A DNA stretch of 64,000 nucleotides from Haliotis cracherodii. Its lineage: Eukaryota. Positions within the stretch are counted from its first letter, which is position 1. Each line of letters opens with the position of its first letter. Made by a program: the position numbers and the translations under genes. Shown piece after piece: positions 12,829-26,962 of the stretch. The stretch lies in assembly GCF_022045235.1 (NCBI RefSeq), contig NW_027266275.1, positions 72,788,001 to 72,852,000 on the forward strand. The letters are read 5' to 3'. The notes under the pieces are model-generated. The model had not been told where the DNA came from. It saw only the letters and a list, made by a program, of their open reading frames with translations, and did not search any database.

Positions 12829-15394
12829 ATTTTTGTTTCATGACAGGCGGGAAGGTTATTGTAGTTTCATCAAACAGAAATATATCATGAACCAATAAAT
12901 AGGTAGGGGTATTATGTATCATAAAGTCAGGTGTAAACCAATGGCCATGGAGTTGTCAAGAGGCTCAGAGGCCCAAAGTCTGCAGCAAATGACAGTAAGT
13001 AATAATAATACTAATTACAAAAATAAAAACTTCAAAAAATCCAGTTAAGAACAATATCACGATTTTTTCCCTATCTGCCTGCGAGGGGGACTTGGGATGG
13101 AATCCCAGATAAATCCCTGGGTACAGACACACTTATCACAGCATAAATGTTACTATGTAATGGGTATGACTAATAGTCAATATTATTACCATCATCGATA
13201 CCTCATGGGTGTGTGAAACTACGTATCACCCGGGAATACATATGTCTGTTTTGTGGCTGCTAATTTGGATCAACTAATCAACCAAGAGCCTGGTCCAGTG
13301 AGAGGGAAACCAGCATGTACTCTGACCAATGAGCTCCCAGGTCACATCTCACATGGTAATGTTTTCCACTTGACATGGCTCGCAACATGACCCATAGTCG
13401 TGTGGTATGTACCATAGTCTCCGCACTGCTTCAATGTCTGGCCATGGCAGGGTTTGCGTATAGTTCATACACTCAGTTGAGCTGATATGACTTCCTTGAG
13501 TTCTGCACAGCCTCATGTCATTAGCTGTCTAATAATAGACACATGTCACTACTGCACGTCGGCCCAAAATATTCAGGTAGTGAGGGACACAGTGTATACA
13601 TACCCCTGGAGTATTGACGATGGATCACGACTGGCACTGTGATAACAGCAGGCGGTTATTATTGACCATGGGATAAGTGCAGGCAGTTATTATTGGGAAC
13701 GATCTGCAGTGCATTACATCCTCGATTATCCAGTGTATCACCAATCTGTTAAGATCAATACTTGGATCCATTTGCTACCACAGGGCTTTGAGCCCTATTC
13801 GAACGGCAAGGCGTTAACATTAGCCGTCAAATCAAATTACTCATGGGCAAGAGAATTCCTGTGCTACAGAGTGATCGGAGATAGAGAAGGTGATTTCATT
13901 TCCGAAATGAAGCCTTAGTGACAAATGGGCCCATGCTATTTATAATAGAATGGAGATGTAATACCCTAGATGAACGAGGATGAGTGCACTATGGCCTTAA
14001 GCCTAAGTGACGTAGGTTTCAAGTGGCATACCGCCATCATAAGGAATGATAAAATACCTCAACACAACAAGTCTAGAGATTTTTTACTGTTACTTTCGGT
14101 GTTACATGCTCACAGTTGACAGCTGGTATTGCCTTTGCGTTGGGGGAAAAACATCATGTCAGTGTAAAACTTGAGTTTATCATAAAACGTACATAAATGT
14201 ATGTCATGTAATTGCTTAGGTTGAAACATTGCAGTGATATTTTTTGTGAAGGAAACAAGAATTACATTGCGACAATGGCGCTTATAGCCTAATGTTTTGA
14301 CTGACAGTATGATAAGGGCCCTTGGAAAACAGACACAAGTTACACTACTGCATGGCTTGTAAAGCCTTGTATATATTCCATTCTGCATGTCTAACTTTAA
14401 TAAATAATGATGAGTTCAAGTTAAAAGCACTCTCTAAAAACATATTCGTACATATTCGATTCTAGTGACCACAAATAACAAATTCAATTCATGAAGGGAT
14501 ACAGTATGATTCACCAAATACGTGAGTAAATCGTAACAGCCCTAGTCTATACACTTAATGATATTAAATCAAAATGGACACACATACCAGTAGAAAAGAG
14601 TATTTCTACATCCATTTTCACACCACATCAGTCTCTTATTTTGCATGAATCATTTTAAGCCAATACCTGATTTCAAGATAAATACAAATAAGAGGACAAA
14701 GTAATAAATATCCCCTGCAATGGTAAAAACTTGTCAGGAAAAAATATATTAAACTTGTCCAAAGTTTTGTGAAGAAATACAGTACAGTTTTCCATATATG
14801 TCCAGAAACAAGCACTAACTAACTATTGTTTTAAAGAAAATAATTCCAACTATCAAAAGGCCCCAAGTCACCTCTAGACCTATAAATGTACCAAGTTTGT
14901 TGATGAAATATTGTATGGTTTACAAGATCTGACGGAAAGTGTCCATTTTAATACCTCCCAGAAAATGCGTATCATATATGATGCAGGGGTTTAAGTACAG
15001 CAATGCACTGATATTCCAGTGAATCAATGCTGCCCTGTGGAACCACCTGCACACCCGATGGCAGCAGGAACTATGCAGGAAGGGTAATCTGTTCCGTGTC
15101 ATTCTGACTTGGTGCCACCACTCCACATCTTGAACTGCAGCCAGATTCATCAGTGGAATTTATCCTTGCATGTGATTGTAAACATGGAGGGATAGTGTGT
15201 CCTTCAGCAGCCAAGCCTCTTCACAGACCCTTCTAAGCAAAATCAAGGCCCTTGATAGACCCTAGTAATCAAAATCAAGACCCTTGCTTGACCCTTCTTT
15301 GCTAAGCCATTGCCTTCACTGACACTTCCCCACTAAACCATGGCCCTTACTTATCTTCAGTTAATCCAAGGATTGTCATTGACTCTTCTCTACT

Positions 15395-16035
15395 GAACCA
15401 AGTCCCTTCACAGACCCTTCTATGTTGAACCAAGGCCCTTCATTGACCCTTCTATGCTGAACCAAGGCCCTTCATTGACCCTTCTATGCTGAACCAAGGC
15501 CCTTCATTGACCCTTCTATGCTGAACCAAGGCCCTTCACTGACCCTCCTGTGCCGAACCAAGGCCCTTCACTGACCCTTCTATGCTGAACCGAGGCCCTT
15601 CACTGACCCTTCTGTTAAACCAAGGCCTTTCACTGACCCTCCTGTGCTGAACCAAGGCCCTTCACTGACCCTTCTATGCTGAACCGAGGCCCTTCACTGA
15701 CCCTTCTATGCTGAACCGAGGCCCTTCACTGACCCTTCTATGCTGAACCAAGGCCCTTCACTGACCCTTCTATGCTGAACCGAGGCCCTTCACTGACCCT
15801 TCTGTTAAACCAAGGCCCTTCATTGACCCTTCTATGCTACACCAGGCCCTTCATTGACCCATCTATGCAAAACCAGGCCCTTCACTGACATTTCTATGCT
15901 AAACCAGGCCCTTCACTGACCCTTCTGTGCTGAACCAGGCCCTTCATTGACCTTTCTATGTTGAACCAAACCCTTCACTGACCCTTCTATGTTGAACCAA
16001 GCCCTTCATTGACTCTTCTATGTTGAACCAAACCC
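15395..16035. repeat. Minisatellite, 32-bp unit
   Basis: gacccttctatgctgaaccaaggcccttcact. Confidence 0.96.
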
Positions 16036-16077
16036 TAGCCTGCAGCTACCACCAGTCCTGATCATGTATTGCTCAGA

Positions 16078-17001
16078 GTTACTACCAAGCCTACAAACAA
16101 ACTTGCTACTACCGAGCCTACAAACAAACTGGTTACTACCGAGCCTACAAACAAGCTGGTTACTACCGAGCCTACAAATAAGCTTGCTACTCTCGAGCCT
16201 ACAAACAAGCTTGCAACTACCAAGCCTACAAATAAGCTTGCTACTACCGAGCCTACAAACAAGCTGGTTACTACCAAGCCTACAAACAAGCTTGCTACTA
16301 CCGAGCCTACAAACAAACTTGCTACTACCGAGCCTACAAACAAGCTGGTTACTACCGAGCCTACAAACAAGCTGGTTACTACCGAGCCTACAAACAAGCT
16401 GGTTACTACCGAGCCTACAAACAAGCTGGTTACTACCGAGCCTACAAACAAGCTGGTTACTACCGAGCCTACAAACAAGCTTGCAACTACCGAGCCTACA
16501 AACAAGCTTGCAACTACCGAGCCTACAAACAAGCTTGCAACTACCGAGCCTACAAACAAGCTGGTTACTACCGAGCCTACAAACAAGCTTGCAACTACCG
16601 AGCCTACAAACAAGCTGGTTACTACCAAGCCTACAAACAAGCTGGTTACTACCAAGCCTACAAACAAGCTGGTTACTATTGAGCCTACAAACAAGCTGGT
16701 TACTATTGAGCCTACAAACAAGCTTGCTACTACCGAGCCTACAAACAAGCTTGCTACTACCGAGCCTACAAACAAGCTGGTTACTACCGAGCCTACAAAT
16801 AAGCTGGTTACTACCGAGCCTACAAATAAGCTGGTTACTATTGAGCCTACAAACAAGCTGGTTACTACCGAGCCTACAAACAAACTTGCTACTACCGAGC
16901 CTACAAATAAGCTTGCAACTACCGAGCCTACAAATAAGCTTGTAACTACCAAGCCTACAAACAAACTTGCTACTACCGAGCCTACAAATAAGCTTGCTAC
17001 C
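16078..17001. repeat. Minisatellite, 27-bp unit (stop-free TTEPTNKL[AV] frame)
   Basis: actaccgagcctacaaacaagct(tgc/ggt)t, about 34 copies. Confidence 0.97.
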
Positions 17002-17005
17002 TAAA

Positions 17006-17158
17006 TGAGTAAGTGAGTGAGTTGGATTTTACTCTGCTTTTAGCAACATTCCAGCAATATCACAGCTTCTCACAATGTACCCATGTAAGGAATACATTGT
17101 AGGGAACCCAGGCCTTCAGTGTGATGAGCGAAAGCTTTAACCACTACCCCACCTCCCC
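17006..17158 (-). mobile_element. tRNA-Asp-like SINE (family D), degenerate copy
   Basis: Similar to 58488-58670. Confidence 0.75.
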
Positions 17159-19285
17159 ACCTCAAAACCACCTAAATTACAAATGAGCTTCCTACCACTT
17201 CTGATATACCTGGTGGTATTCTACTGTTTTCAAATAATTTTCAGCTCATATCTGTCTGTTCATATTCTCATGAGATTGTTCCTCTCTCTCTATCTGCATG
17301 ATCTGTTCATAAACGTGTGTTTACTTTCAGTCTCAGTGTGAGAGTCAGTAGTACAGTTCCAATTGACCTTGAGTCTTTGCTGGTACTATAATATTGATAA
17401 GTATACATGTCTAGCAGCCAGGCAGGGCCACGCTGTTGAAACTCTGAGTCCACATGAATAAATGATAAGATATTCCCGTAATAACGCCAGCCAACCTCCC
17501 CTCCGACAGCTCCCTGTGCCAGCTCAACCAGTGCACAGACAAAACACACTTTCTTTGCCCACTCACAGGCAATTATGTTTTTCTGCATAAATATATTCAA
17601 CCTTTCTTTGAGGCCGGCAGTCAGGTGGAGGAAGCCGTGTCTGCATTATCTCCTGGTGGCATGCATCCACACCTCCACAATTACCAGAAATTGCAGTACT
17701 TCTCACCATCCTGGATACACAGCATCGAGGATATATCATGCATAATATTTCAGTCTTTTAACAGCATGTTAGACTTGCACAAATCTCTAAGCCAATAATT
17801 ATTAGTTTCAATCATAATTTCTTGATTTTGTACATAATAAGAAGAAACTATCCCTAGAAGAGACTGGAGTCCTTAGATGTAGTGTCCTCTATTAGGAGGA
17901 TAGAATTACTACACATCCATGGACTTATCTTTCAGTACAGCCTTGGAGCAAGGCTAACAGCATGTATTCTCTGTCAAAAGAATAGTATCAGTTGTGTGGA
18001 ATCACCTTCTGCTTATTTAATAGACTTTTCCCAATCCTGGGAGTAACCATACTATGGACAGGGTTTTGCTGTTGTACAGGGCAATGTGTTTACAGTCCTT
18101 GTCACAGATCCACAAACCATGATGCCTCACTGCACTGACGGACTAAAGGCTGTCTTGATTGTACTGAGTGAGTGAGTTGGGTTGAACACTGCGTGTAGCA
18201 ATGTTCCAGCAATATCACAACAACGGACACCCTGCCTGGCTGATAGTAAGTGTTAGAGTAACTTTTGGGGGTCATATATATTGTATTTGTCTGTAGTCCA
18301 TTAGGCTTACTACTTGGGGATAAGATATGCTTACTTCAAACAACTCATCAGCCACAAGAATCACATTAAGATCGGCAGGTAAATCCCGTAAGTAACGACC
18401 ACCACAATGTTTCTAACATGGCCACCAAACTACAACCAGCATCATGATCATGGAGGGGCACCAAGCATCATTCTCAGCAACATCGGAGCTTCCGCAGCTA
18501 GAAATACCAGTGGACATAACAAAGGATAAACTTCTTTGTTAAGTCTAACGAGTACCTCCAACTGCCCTCAGCCATAGAATACCATCACAAAGGCTGTAGC
18601 TGACAGAAAGTGATTTCTGCCAGGCTACTTTCACCTGTGTGGCTATGGCGTAGCCAAACACCACGACGTTGATGGGAGACAGAAGCTCTCTATTGTCGGC
18701 AGAACAGCGGCAAGTCTGTGGGGTCATACATTGATTCTGGGAGGAGTCTCCACGCCGACGTGTACAACATGTAAACACTGCCATGCTGAACCACAAGGAA
18801 GCTTAACATCTCCAACATTGTCAACAACAGCAGCAGCAGCTTCGCTGCAGCAACATCTCGCCTCCCGGTCGGACGTAACATTACCTCACCACACATTGAT
18901 CAACCACATGTATCAATAAATCTCCTACGCCATGGTCATCAGGTGTAATTTCAGGTTTGGGGAACAATGATTTCATAAGCATATTACATGGAGTAAGAAT
19001 ATTTGCATGCTGCTCAAAAGAAGTTAAGGACCACCCATTTCTTTCAAACAACTATAGTTAATCTGTTGTGGCATGGCATTGATATCAATCCATACTGGTA
19101 GAAGAATATGGTGGTGTTAATAGCTAAAATGGTCAGAATTATAAAAAAAAGGTCCACATGTTATCAAGCAAAGTGGGGGCTTTGTAATTTCACAATTTCC
19201 TCATTTGGGCTAATGACGAGCCATCTTCAATGACATTTACGTGTGACATCATACCTAATTTGCATACTAACGTAAATAAACAGGG

Positions 19286-19530
19286 TTGTTTGGTTTGTTT
19301 GTTGCTTAACGCTGCACTCAGCACTATTCCAGCTATATGATGGCGGTCTGTAAATAATCGAGTCTGGACCAGACAATCCAGTGATTGACATCATGAGCAC
19401 CGATCCACGAAATTGGGATCGATGACATGCATCAACCAAGTCAGCGAGCCTGACCACCTGATCTCGTTAGTCGCCTTTTTCGACAAGCATAGTCACCTTT
19501 TACGGCAAGCATGGGTTGCTGAAGACCTAT
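19286..19530 (-). mobile_element. SINE-like retroposon (family N) with GTCG-N7-CGACTAA hairpin and (CAAA)n tail
   Basis: Dispersed diverged copies at about 24377-24435, 36895-37095, 51085-51280, 52261-52330, 53590-53720, 56441-56605. Confidence 0.75.
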
Positions 19531-19654
19531 TGACAGTAACGTTATGGATCTGTCAACTCGAGAGATTAAGCGGATGCCTCAAGAGTCAATTGTTGATATC
19601 ATGTTCATATATTAAAGAATTGACCTCAATAGTTTTTGCCGTTTAGGGAGGTAT

Positions 19655-20570
19655 GAACATAAACATTATTTTCGAGCATACCTGCATAAACATAAACATT
19701 ATTTACGAGCATACCTGCATAAACATAAACATTATCAGAGCTCCAGATAAGCTTTTGGTGTTGTGGGTATTTTACCCATGCATTTTAAAATCATTGGGTA
19801 TCAGTAATTCTATCTGCGTATTCAAATTTCTGTTACCCACTAGTTTTTACACATGTGGGTATTTAAGTTAAATGTTTAAAAACACTATTCATCTAGTCCC
19901 TGCAAACTTGTGTCGTGTGGGTTCGAGAGCTTTAGAGGACTCAAAAATACCACGATACTTCCACAAGAAAGTGTGATGGCAAATGATCATGATCTGACTG
20001 CCATCGTGGAGTTTGGCAAGGTTGACGGAATGCCCTTTTATAATTTAAAAATAAGTTGCTGATTTGCTAATCGAATACGCAGGGTTACTTCACAATATTT
20101 TGATGATACGCACAAATTTTATTTTTGTAGCGTATCTGTAATGTTCGTTGCGTATTTGATACGCTTGGATTATATTTTACTGCGTATTTCTGCATTTCTG
20201 ATGCGTATTTTACGCAGATACGCAGCTTATCTGGAGCTCTGCATTATTTACAAGCATACATGCATAAACATAAACATTATTTACGAGCATACCTGCATAA
20301 ACATAAACATTATTTACGAGCATACCTGCATAAACATAAACATTATTTACAAGCATACCTGCATAAACATAAACATTATTTACGAGCATACCTGCATAAA
20401 CATAAACATTATTTACGAACATACCTGCATAAACATAAACATTATTTAAGAGCACACCTGCATAAACATAAACATTATTTACGAGCATACCTGCATAAAC
20501 ATAAACATTATTTACGAACATACCTGCATAAACATAAACATTATTTACAAGCATACCTCCATAAACAAAA
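19655..20570. repeat. Minisatellite, 33-bp unit, interrupted by a MITE
   Basis: gcataaacataaacattatttacgagcatacct on both sides of 19736-20241. Confidence 0.95.
19736..20241. mobile_element. MITE, 506 bp, 18-bp perfect TIR, 6-bp TSD
   Basis: TIR CAGAGCTCCAGATAAGCT; TSD CATTAT at 19730-19735 and 20242-20247. Confidence 0.92.
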
Positions 20571-23398
20571 TAATACTTGAGTCAATTTTCATAAATTAAG
20601 TCAACAATAATAACTTCATGGGCTTCTTATTTAAGCAACTTAACAAAACGACGATACCAAATCAGTGACATTGATCAGTGCAATAATCTAACACAAGCTC
20701 TAGTATCAGCCAATCAGGAAACACTTAGGTTTATGGAAACATAACGACACTAATGCCATGGAATCATGTGCATTTTATTCAGAAGAAAACATTAACGACT
20801 CAGAGGAAACACTCTCAAGCTTGCAGATGGAGCATCAATGGAACTCTAAGAGAAGTGCAACATTAAGGCAATAGTTGGATATTTTGAACTTCCTTGCAGA
20901 TGCCACCATCCATCATTTCACTGTGCATTATTTCACTGTCAATCCTTGCAATAAAAAAGGCAACAAATCTCCAAAAGTTGACTTTTGATTAGTTAAAAAA
21001 AAAAGAGGCCACGGTCGAATGACATCACATGACTTATTGTTGTCGATGATGTGTTTCTAGACCCGCGACACACTTTCCTATGTTCTGTCTTCCATATGAA
21101 TTGCAACAGTCTACCATAGTTTGTTGATATTATTCGGTTGTTTTGCTGATATCACCATGCAACAGACAAGTTCTGTACATTTAGATATGACACTGGAAAC
21201 AGGGCAAATATCAGGGCATCACAGTTCGCAGAAGCTCAAGGTTTGACATTAACTGGCTTAGGGCTTCGACAAATGATAATGCCCTGAAAATAACATTAAC
21301 CTCATAATGTACTACCGAGCAAAACTAAGGAAACTAATGATTTGAATGTAGCTATTGTTGAGGTATACATTTACAATAATGTGGCATTGCATCTGAACGC
21401 AACATCTGATCACAATGAAGTTTCACAGCATGCATTAACAGCATGTGATGCATGTGCACACAGAAGTCAAAGTGTGTGCACCTATAAGGGAAGGCGTCTT
21501 GTGAAGGGTGTGACCCTGACACCTTACCAAGGCGGCAAATATTGGGGTGGGCAAGGCAACACCAGGGACGGGCTGTGCACACTGTTATACCACATCCACC
21601 AGTATATAACCACATATCTCCTGCATAGCTGGGGTAACATGTTGTACAATACCACTGGAAATTAATCAGTATTTCAAGCTTAACCTGGTGTACCCTAATA
21701 ATATTTTTTATAACACCTCCTCACAGTAACTTAACATGCCTACATTTCCTAAGGAGCACAATGCAGATCAGCCTTATCACACAATGGCCAACTTTATACA
21801 GAGCCGGAACCACACACCTGCATAGTGGAGACTTAGCATTACACCACTGCCTCAAGCTAATTTGCATATCAAGTGACCAGACTTTTTTCTTGTTTGTAAA
21901 CAAACACACTTATTTTGAAATCAGAGCACACTGGCCTCAAGGAAGCGATTCGGTGCGCTGTACATATTGTTTGGCGTACTTATATAGATATGCTACTACT
22001 ACTGCAACAGAGGCCATATCCCTAGCAATCTGCAGGGCTTTGATGACAGCTCGTTGAGCCATACAACCAATGTAAACAAAAGATAATTATGCAAATGGAA
22101 ATAGTTTTTGACATTTTAGGATATTTTCTCCATGAAGGTTTATCATTTCATGACACGTTTATCTAAAGGTTTAGACTCTCCTAAACTGAAACAGATGCAC
22201 ATCGTGTAAACATGATAAATCGCATGGAACTCTGGGTAGGAGAGCGGATAGGAACAATTCATCAATGGTGCGTCAAGCTGCTTTGATCGATGACACAAGA
22301 GTGGTATTGTAATGTCAAGGGCAAATATACACAAAGATACATGTATGTGAAATGAGAGCAAATGCATAGTCAAAGATTTTATTGCAACAGTCGCTGCTAG
22401 TTTACTTGGCTGAAGTTAACTTCTTTATTTACAGTGTGTGGGTGGCAGGTGCTATCGGGAGAGCAGGACATGCTTACCCTTTACGAAAACACCTGGTGTC
22501 ATCTTTAGGTTTCAGTGATCCATTCATGGAATGGAATCTGGTTTGGCAGATAATCAAGGCTGATTATTCCCTGGCATCTTTATAGATGTTTTTGGGTTTA
22601 GTTTTTGTCATTCACTTTGAGGCTTCCTTACATGAAGCTTGTCAAGATTTTATGTTACGTGTTGCCATTGCAACTGACATTTCAGGAAACAAAATGCAAA
22701 GAGTTCATCACTTATTGCATGGGCATAAATATGATACTTTAATCTTGGTGTTGAGCAAAATATGTAAGCTGAAATATGGAAGAAAACAGTGAACCTTAAA
22801 ATGATAACCCAAATATATAATAAACTAATAAAAATGATTTAATCTGCAGATCCTTGCACAACAGGGATTCATTGTCATTAACCACATGTGCATGTCCATT
22901 GTCCCTGGTCACAGGACCATGTTACAGTTCTGTCAGTGCTGCACAGGTGTGAATACATGACGTTCATCCATTGCCGTGATTACATATGGCCACTTTGAGG
23001 AGCAGTCGCTATTTCCAGCGAGGGGGCAACCAGCGAGCACGAAGACCAACGCGCCTTCAGTTTACATCGCACAAAGGGTAACTTTTCTCATCTGACAGCA
23101 TGTGCCATATGATTGTGGTGACTATCTGCATATTGCTTCAAGTAATGGTTGGGTCTGTACAAAGTCCTGGCATGGAGAAGGGCTCGTCTGACTTCCGCGG
23201 GCGATATACGGCCTCATTTCATTGGCTGACTAAAAATAGATGCCATCACTACACTGCATCAGTCATATACATGTATATTCGCAAATGATGGAGGAACGTA
23301 GTGTAACCAAACCCATGACATACTGACGACGTGTACCACAGTCTTCATCAGTGCTCACACCATCAGTCATTAGTTTGTCTGACCCTGACAATGTCTAC

Positions 23399-23765
23399 TA
23401 GTACTAGGGCTGGGACGACGCACCAACTGTGCAATCCGATACATATCACAATGCCTTGCTCATGATCGGATACATATCACGATACTTGCATGTGCTCTTA
23501 TCGGTGTTGCGTTAGCCATGTTTTTCATAGAAAGGATGGCCACATACATGGCACACTAACGATTTACAGTTGGCAGTGCTAAGTATGGCGCAATGGATGA
23601 AAATATTGACGTTTTTTACTTTCACTTTCACTCGTCATTAGTGTTTGGTGAAACATTTAAGGTAAAAACGATATTTTTTACTGTGTGTGCGATTGTGATC
23701 GATACTTGTATCGAGAAGTAGAAAATCGCGATCCACGGATGCATCGGTGTATTGTCCCACTACTA
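23399..23765. mobile_element. hAT-like MITE
   Basis: TAG...GGGACGA / TTGTCCCACTACTA termini; near-identical 8-bp flanks ATGTCTAC and ATGTCTAT; repeated CGATA subterminal motifs. Confidence 0.65.
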
Positions 23766-24775
23766 ATGTCTATCTGGTATCACTCAGATAACAACAGCAC
23801 AGTCCCAATCACCTGATGTAGAAGGCCTCACACCATGAACAAGTATTTCGTGATACGGTGTGTGGAACTGTAACACAAATGTGTAAGATACGAGCAATGC
23901 GGCTATCAAGTTCGTGTAGTGATGGCAGGCTGTTCAATGTCCTTGAGGAGCCAGTGTTCAATTGTCTCATTTCAAAAGCAATGACAGTAGGATAAGATAG
24001 CGTGTCCGTCACAAAGTTAATTCATTTAAGGATTGACAGTGGATTTTTTTTTGGTTTATTGAGGTATGAATCTGTATACGGATGTGCAAACTGTATGAAT
24101 AAGGGTGGTTTGGACAATGAATATGCATAAATGTCGCTAAATGTGCATGACAATACACGTGAGCAGAAAGGGAATTCCTTCGACTGCAATACTGGGGTTC
24201 CCTGAAAATTCTGTAGTAATAAAAGTTGTCCGCCTCTGCGGGCATGGTTAATTTTTTTACATTCATTGGGAAATGAATACAAATAGCACATGACCAACTT
24301 AGCTAATCAGAATGCAGGAAATACAATGAACACAACAAAAACTTAATTTTAAAACAAGGGTAGACGTGTTGAATTTTGGTTTGTTTGTTGTGTAACGCCA
24401 CACTCAGCAATATTCCAGCTATAGGACGGCGGTCTTTCAACAATGCTGTTGTCTGTATGAAATCATAACATGTGTGATTTGTAGTGACTTGATCAACTCA
24501 TTTCTCTGTGTAGAAAATACATTAAGTTAACTTGATAAGTTTATGTACAAGAGGGATTGAGTTATGAATTAATTTGAAATTTCATGAAATGGGAACCTGT
24601 TTCATAATTGACCCTTACCTTGACCTAACAGAAGTCACCCAAAAGATGATATGATCGGGACTCTGCCATAGAGTTCATGTATTAAGTTCCATCAAATTCC
24701 ATTCATTAATACTCTCAAGTTATCATTAACACAAGCTTTTCTGACACAGTTCATACTTAGTGTCCTTGACCTTCA

Positions 24776-25286
24776 CAATCTCATTAGAATCTGATCTTAG
24801 TTCTCGCTATCGCTAAACAAAGATCTGAGGACATCCCATTACGGGTCACGTCAGAACGACCATTTGCGAACTTTGACCGACCAATGAAATGACTGACAAG
24901 AAATCGACATTAGCCAATCAGAAGGCAGCTTTCTCGAGGTTTACGACACTAGTTTCAAACTGGCGACTACGCCTTGAAACATATTTTGACGTATTCTCGA
25001 TTAAAAAATTTAAAGCTGATAAGAAGAACATTCCAGAATGGCTAAAAGATGGCCTAGATTATAATGGATATAATCATAAAACCCGTAACTGTTGTTCAGA
25101 ATACCCCGTGTTAAATATTTTGTGGTTCCATGATCAGAAAACACATTCTGACTGTCACTTTCATGATCTGATAAGCGACGCTCTGATTGGTTGGATGAAA
25201 GGTCGTTCTGACGTGACCCGTAATGGGATGTCCTCAGATCTTTGTTTAGCAATAGCAGGAACTAGGATCTGATTTTAATGAGATTG
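24776..25286. mobile_element. Mutator-like MITE, 511 bp, about 86-bp TIR, 9-bp TSD
   Basis: TIRs 24776-24861 and 25201-25286; TSD TGACCTTCA at 24767-24775 and 25287-25295. Confidence 0.92.
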
Positions 25287-25721
25287 TGACCTTCAGGGTC
25301 ATCCAATCACATCTCAGAAACAATTCGTCATGAGAGTATAGGAGATATTTCAGATATGAAGTTTCTAACATCTGTCAAATATACATATATCTGAAGACAT
25401 CCTCATTATTCAATACTGTAAAAACATTAACTGCACTTCATCATTCCGTATAACCTATGGATAAACAAATAAATTCTGAGTTCCAAGGTCCAGCAATGTA
25501 CTACTTCAATGGGTCCACCTGCTAACGAGGATACCACAGGTATGTTCCACACTGCAAGACAAGCAGGTTCATTTGGACAGAGCTTAAGGCAGCATGTAGA
25601 ATGTGGCCTGTACAACACTTGGGCTCAGACAGCTAAATGTTGCAGCTTCCTGTTACAGTGTGACCTGAGACAACACACTGATTACATAGCAACCAACAAC
25701 ATGCTTGCTTGCTGGCTGGCT

Positions 25722-26962
25722 GTCTCTCTCCCTGCCCAGTTACGGTCAACAACACTCTCTCCCTGCCCAGTTACGGAAACAACACTCTCTCCCTGCCAAG
25801 TTACGGTCAACAACACTCTCTCCCTGCCCAGTTACGGACAACAACACTCTCTCCCTGCCCAGTTACCGAAACAACACTCTCTCCCTGCCCAGTTACGGAC
25901 AACAACACTCTCTCCCTGCCCAGTTACGGTCAACAACACTCTCTCCCTGCCCAGTTACGGACAACAACACTCTCTCCCTGCCAAGTTACGGTCAACAACA
26001 CTCTCTCCCTGCCCAGTTACGGTCAACAACACTCTCTCCCTGCCCAGTTACGGACAACAACACTCTCTCCCTGCCAAGTTACGGTCAACAACACTCTCTC
26101 CCTGCCCAGTTACGGACAACACTCTCTCCCTGCCAAGTTACGGTCAACACTCTCTCCCTGCCCAGTTACGGACAACACTCTCTCCCTGCCAAGTTACGGA
26201 AACAACACTCTCTCCCTGCCAAGTTACGGTCAACAACACTCTCTCCCTGCCCAGTTACGGACAACAACACTCTCTCCCTGCCCAGTTACGGACAACAACA
26301 CTCTCTCCCTGCCAAGTTATGGTCAACAACACTCTCTCCCTGCCCAGTTACGGTCAACAACACTCTCTCCCTGCCCAGTTACGGACAACAACACTCTCTC
26401 CCTGCCCAGTTACGGACAACAACACTCTCTCCCTGCCCAGTTACGGACAACAACACTCTCTCCCTGCCCAGTTACAGTCAACAACACTCTTTCCCTGCCC
26501 AGTTACGGTCAACAACACTCTCTCCCTGCCCAGTTACGGTCAACAACACTCTCTCCCTGCCCAGTTACGGACAACAACACTCTCTCCCTGCCCAGTTACG
26601 GACAACAACACTCTCTCCCTGCCCAGTTACGGACAACAACACTCTCTCCCTGCCAAGTTACAGTCAACAACACTCTTTCCCTGCTTCATTACCAACAACA
26701 CTCTCTCCCTGCCAAGTTACCAACAACACTCTCTCCTAGCTTAGTTACCAACAACACTCTCTCCCTGCCTAGTTACCAACAACATTCTCTCCCAGCTTAG
26801 TTACCAACAACACTCTCTCCCTGCTTAGTCACCAACAACACTCTCTCCTAGCTTAGTTACCAACAACACTCTCTCCCAGCTTAGTTACCAACAACACTCT
26901 CTCCCTGCCTAGTTACCAACAACACTCTCTCCCTGCCTAGTTACCGACAACACCCTCTCCCT
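25722..26962. repeat. Minisatellite, about 31-bp unit with 28-30-bp variants
   Basis: ctctctccctgcccagttacgg(t/a)caacaaca. Confidence 0.97.

Noticed and set aside
23320-23355. Second hammerhead (CTGATGA on the minus strand)
   Set aside because: No GAAA after the stem.
24889-25272. 127-aa ORF as a transposase remnant
   Set aside because: Lies in a 511-bp MITE and runs into the TIR; no DDE motifs.
25509-26800. 344-411-aa ORFs
   Set aside because: 31-bp minisatellite open in all + frames; unit not a multiple of 3.
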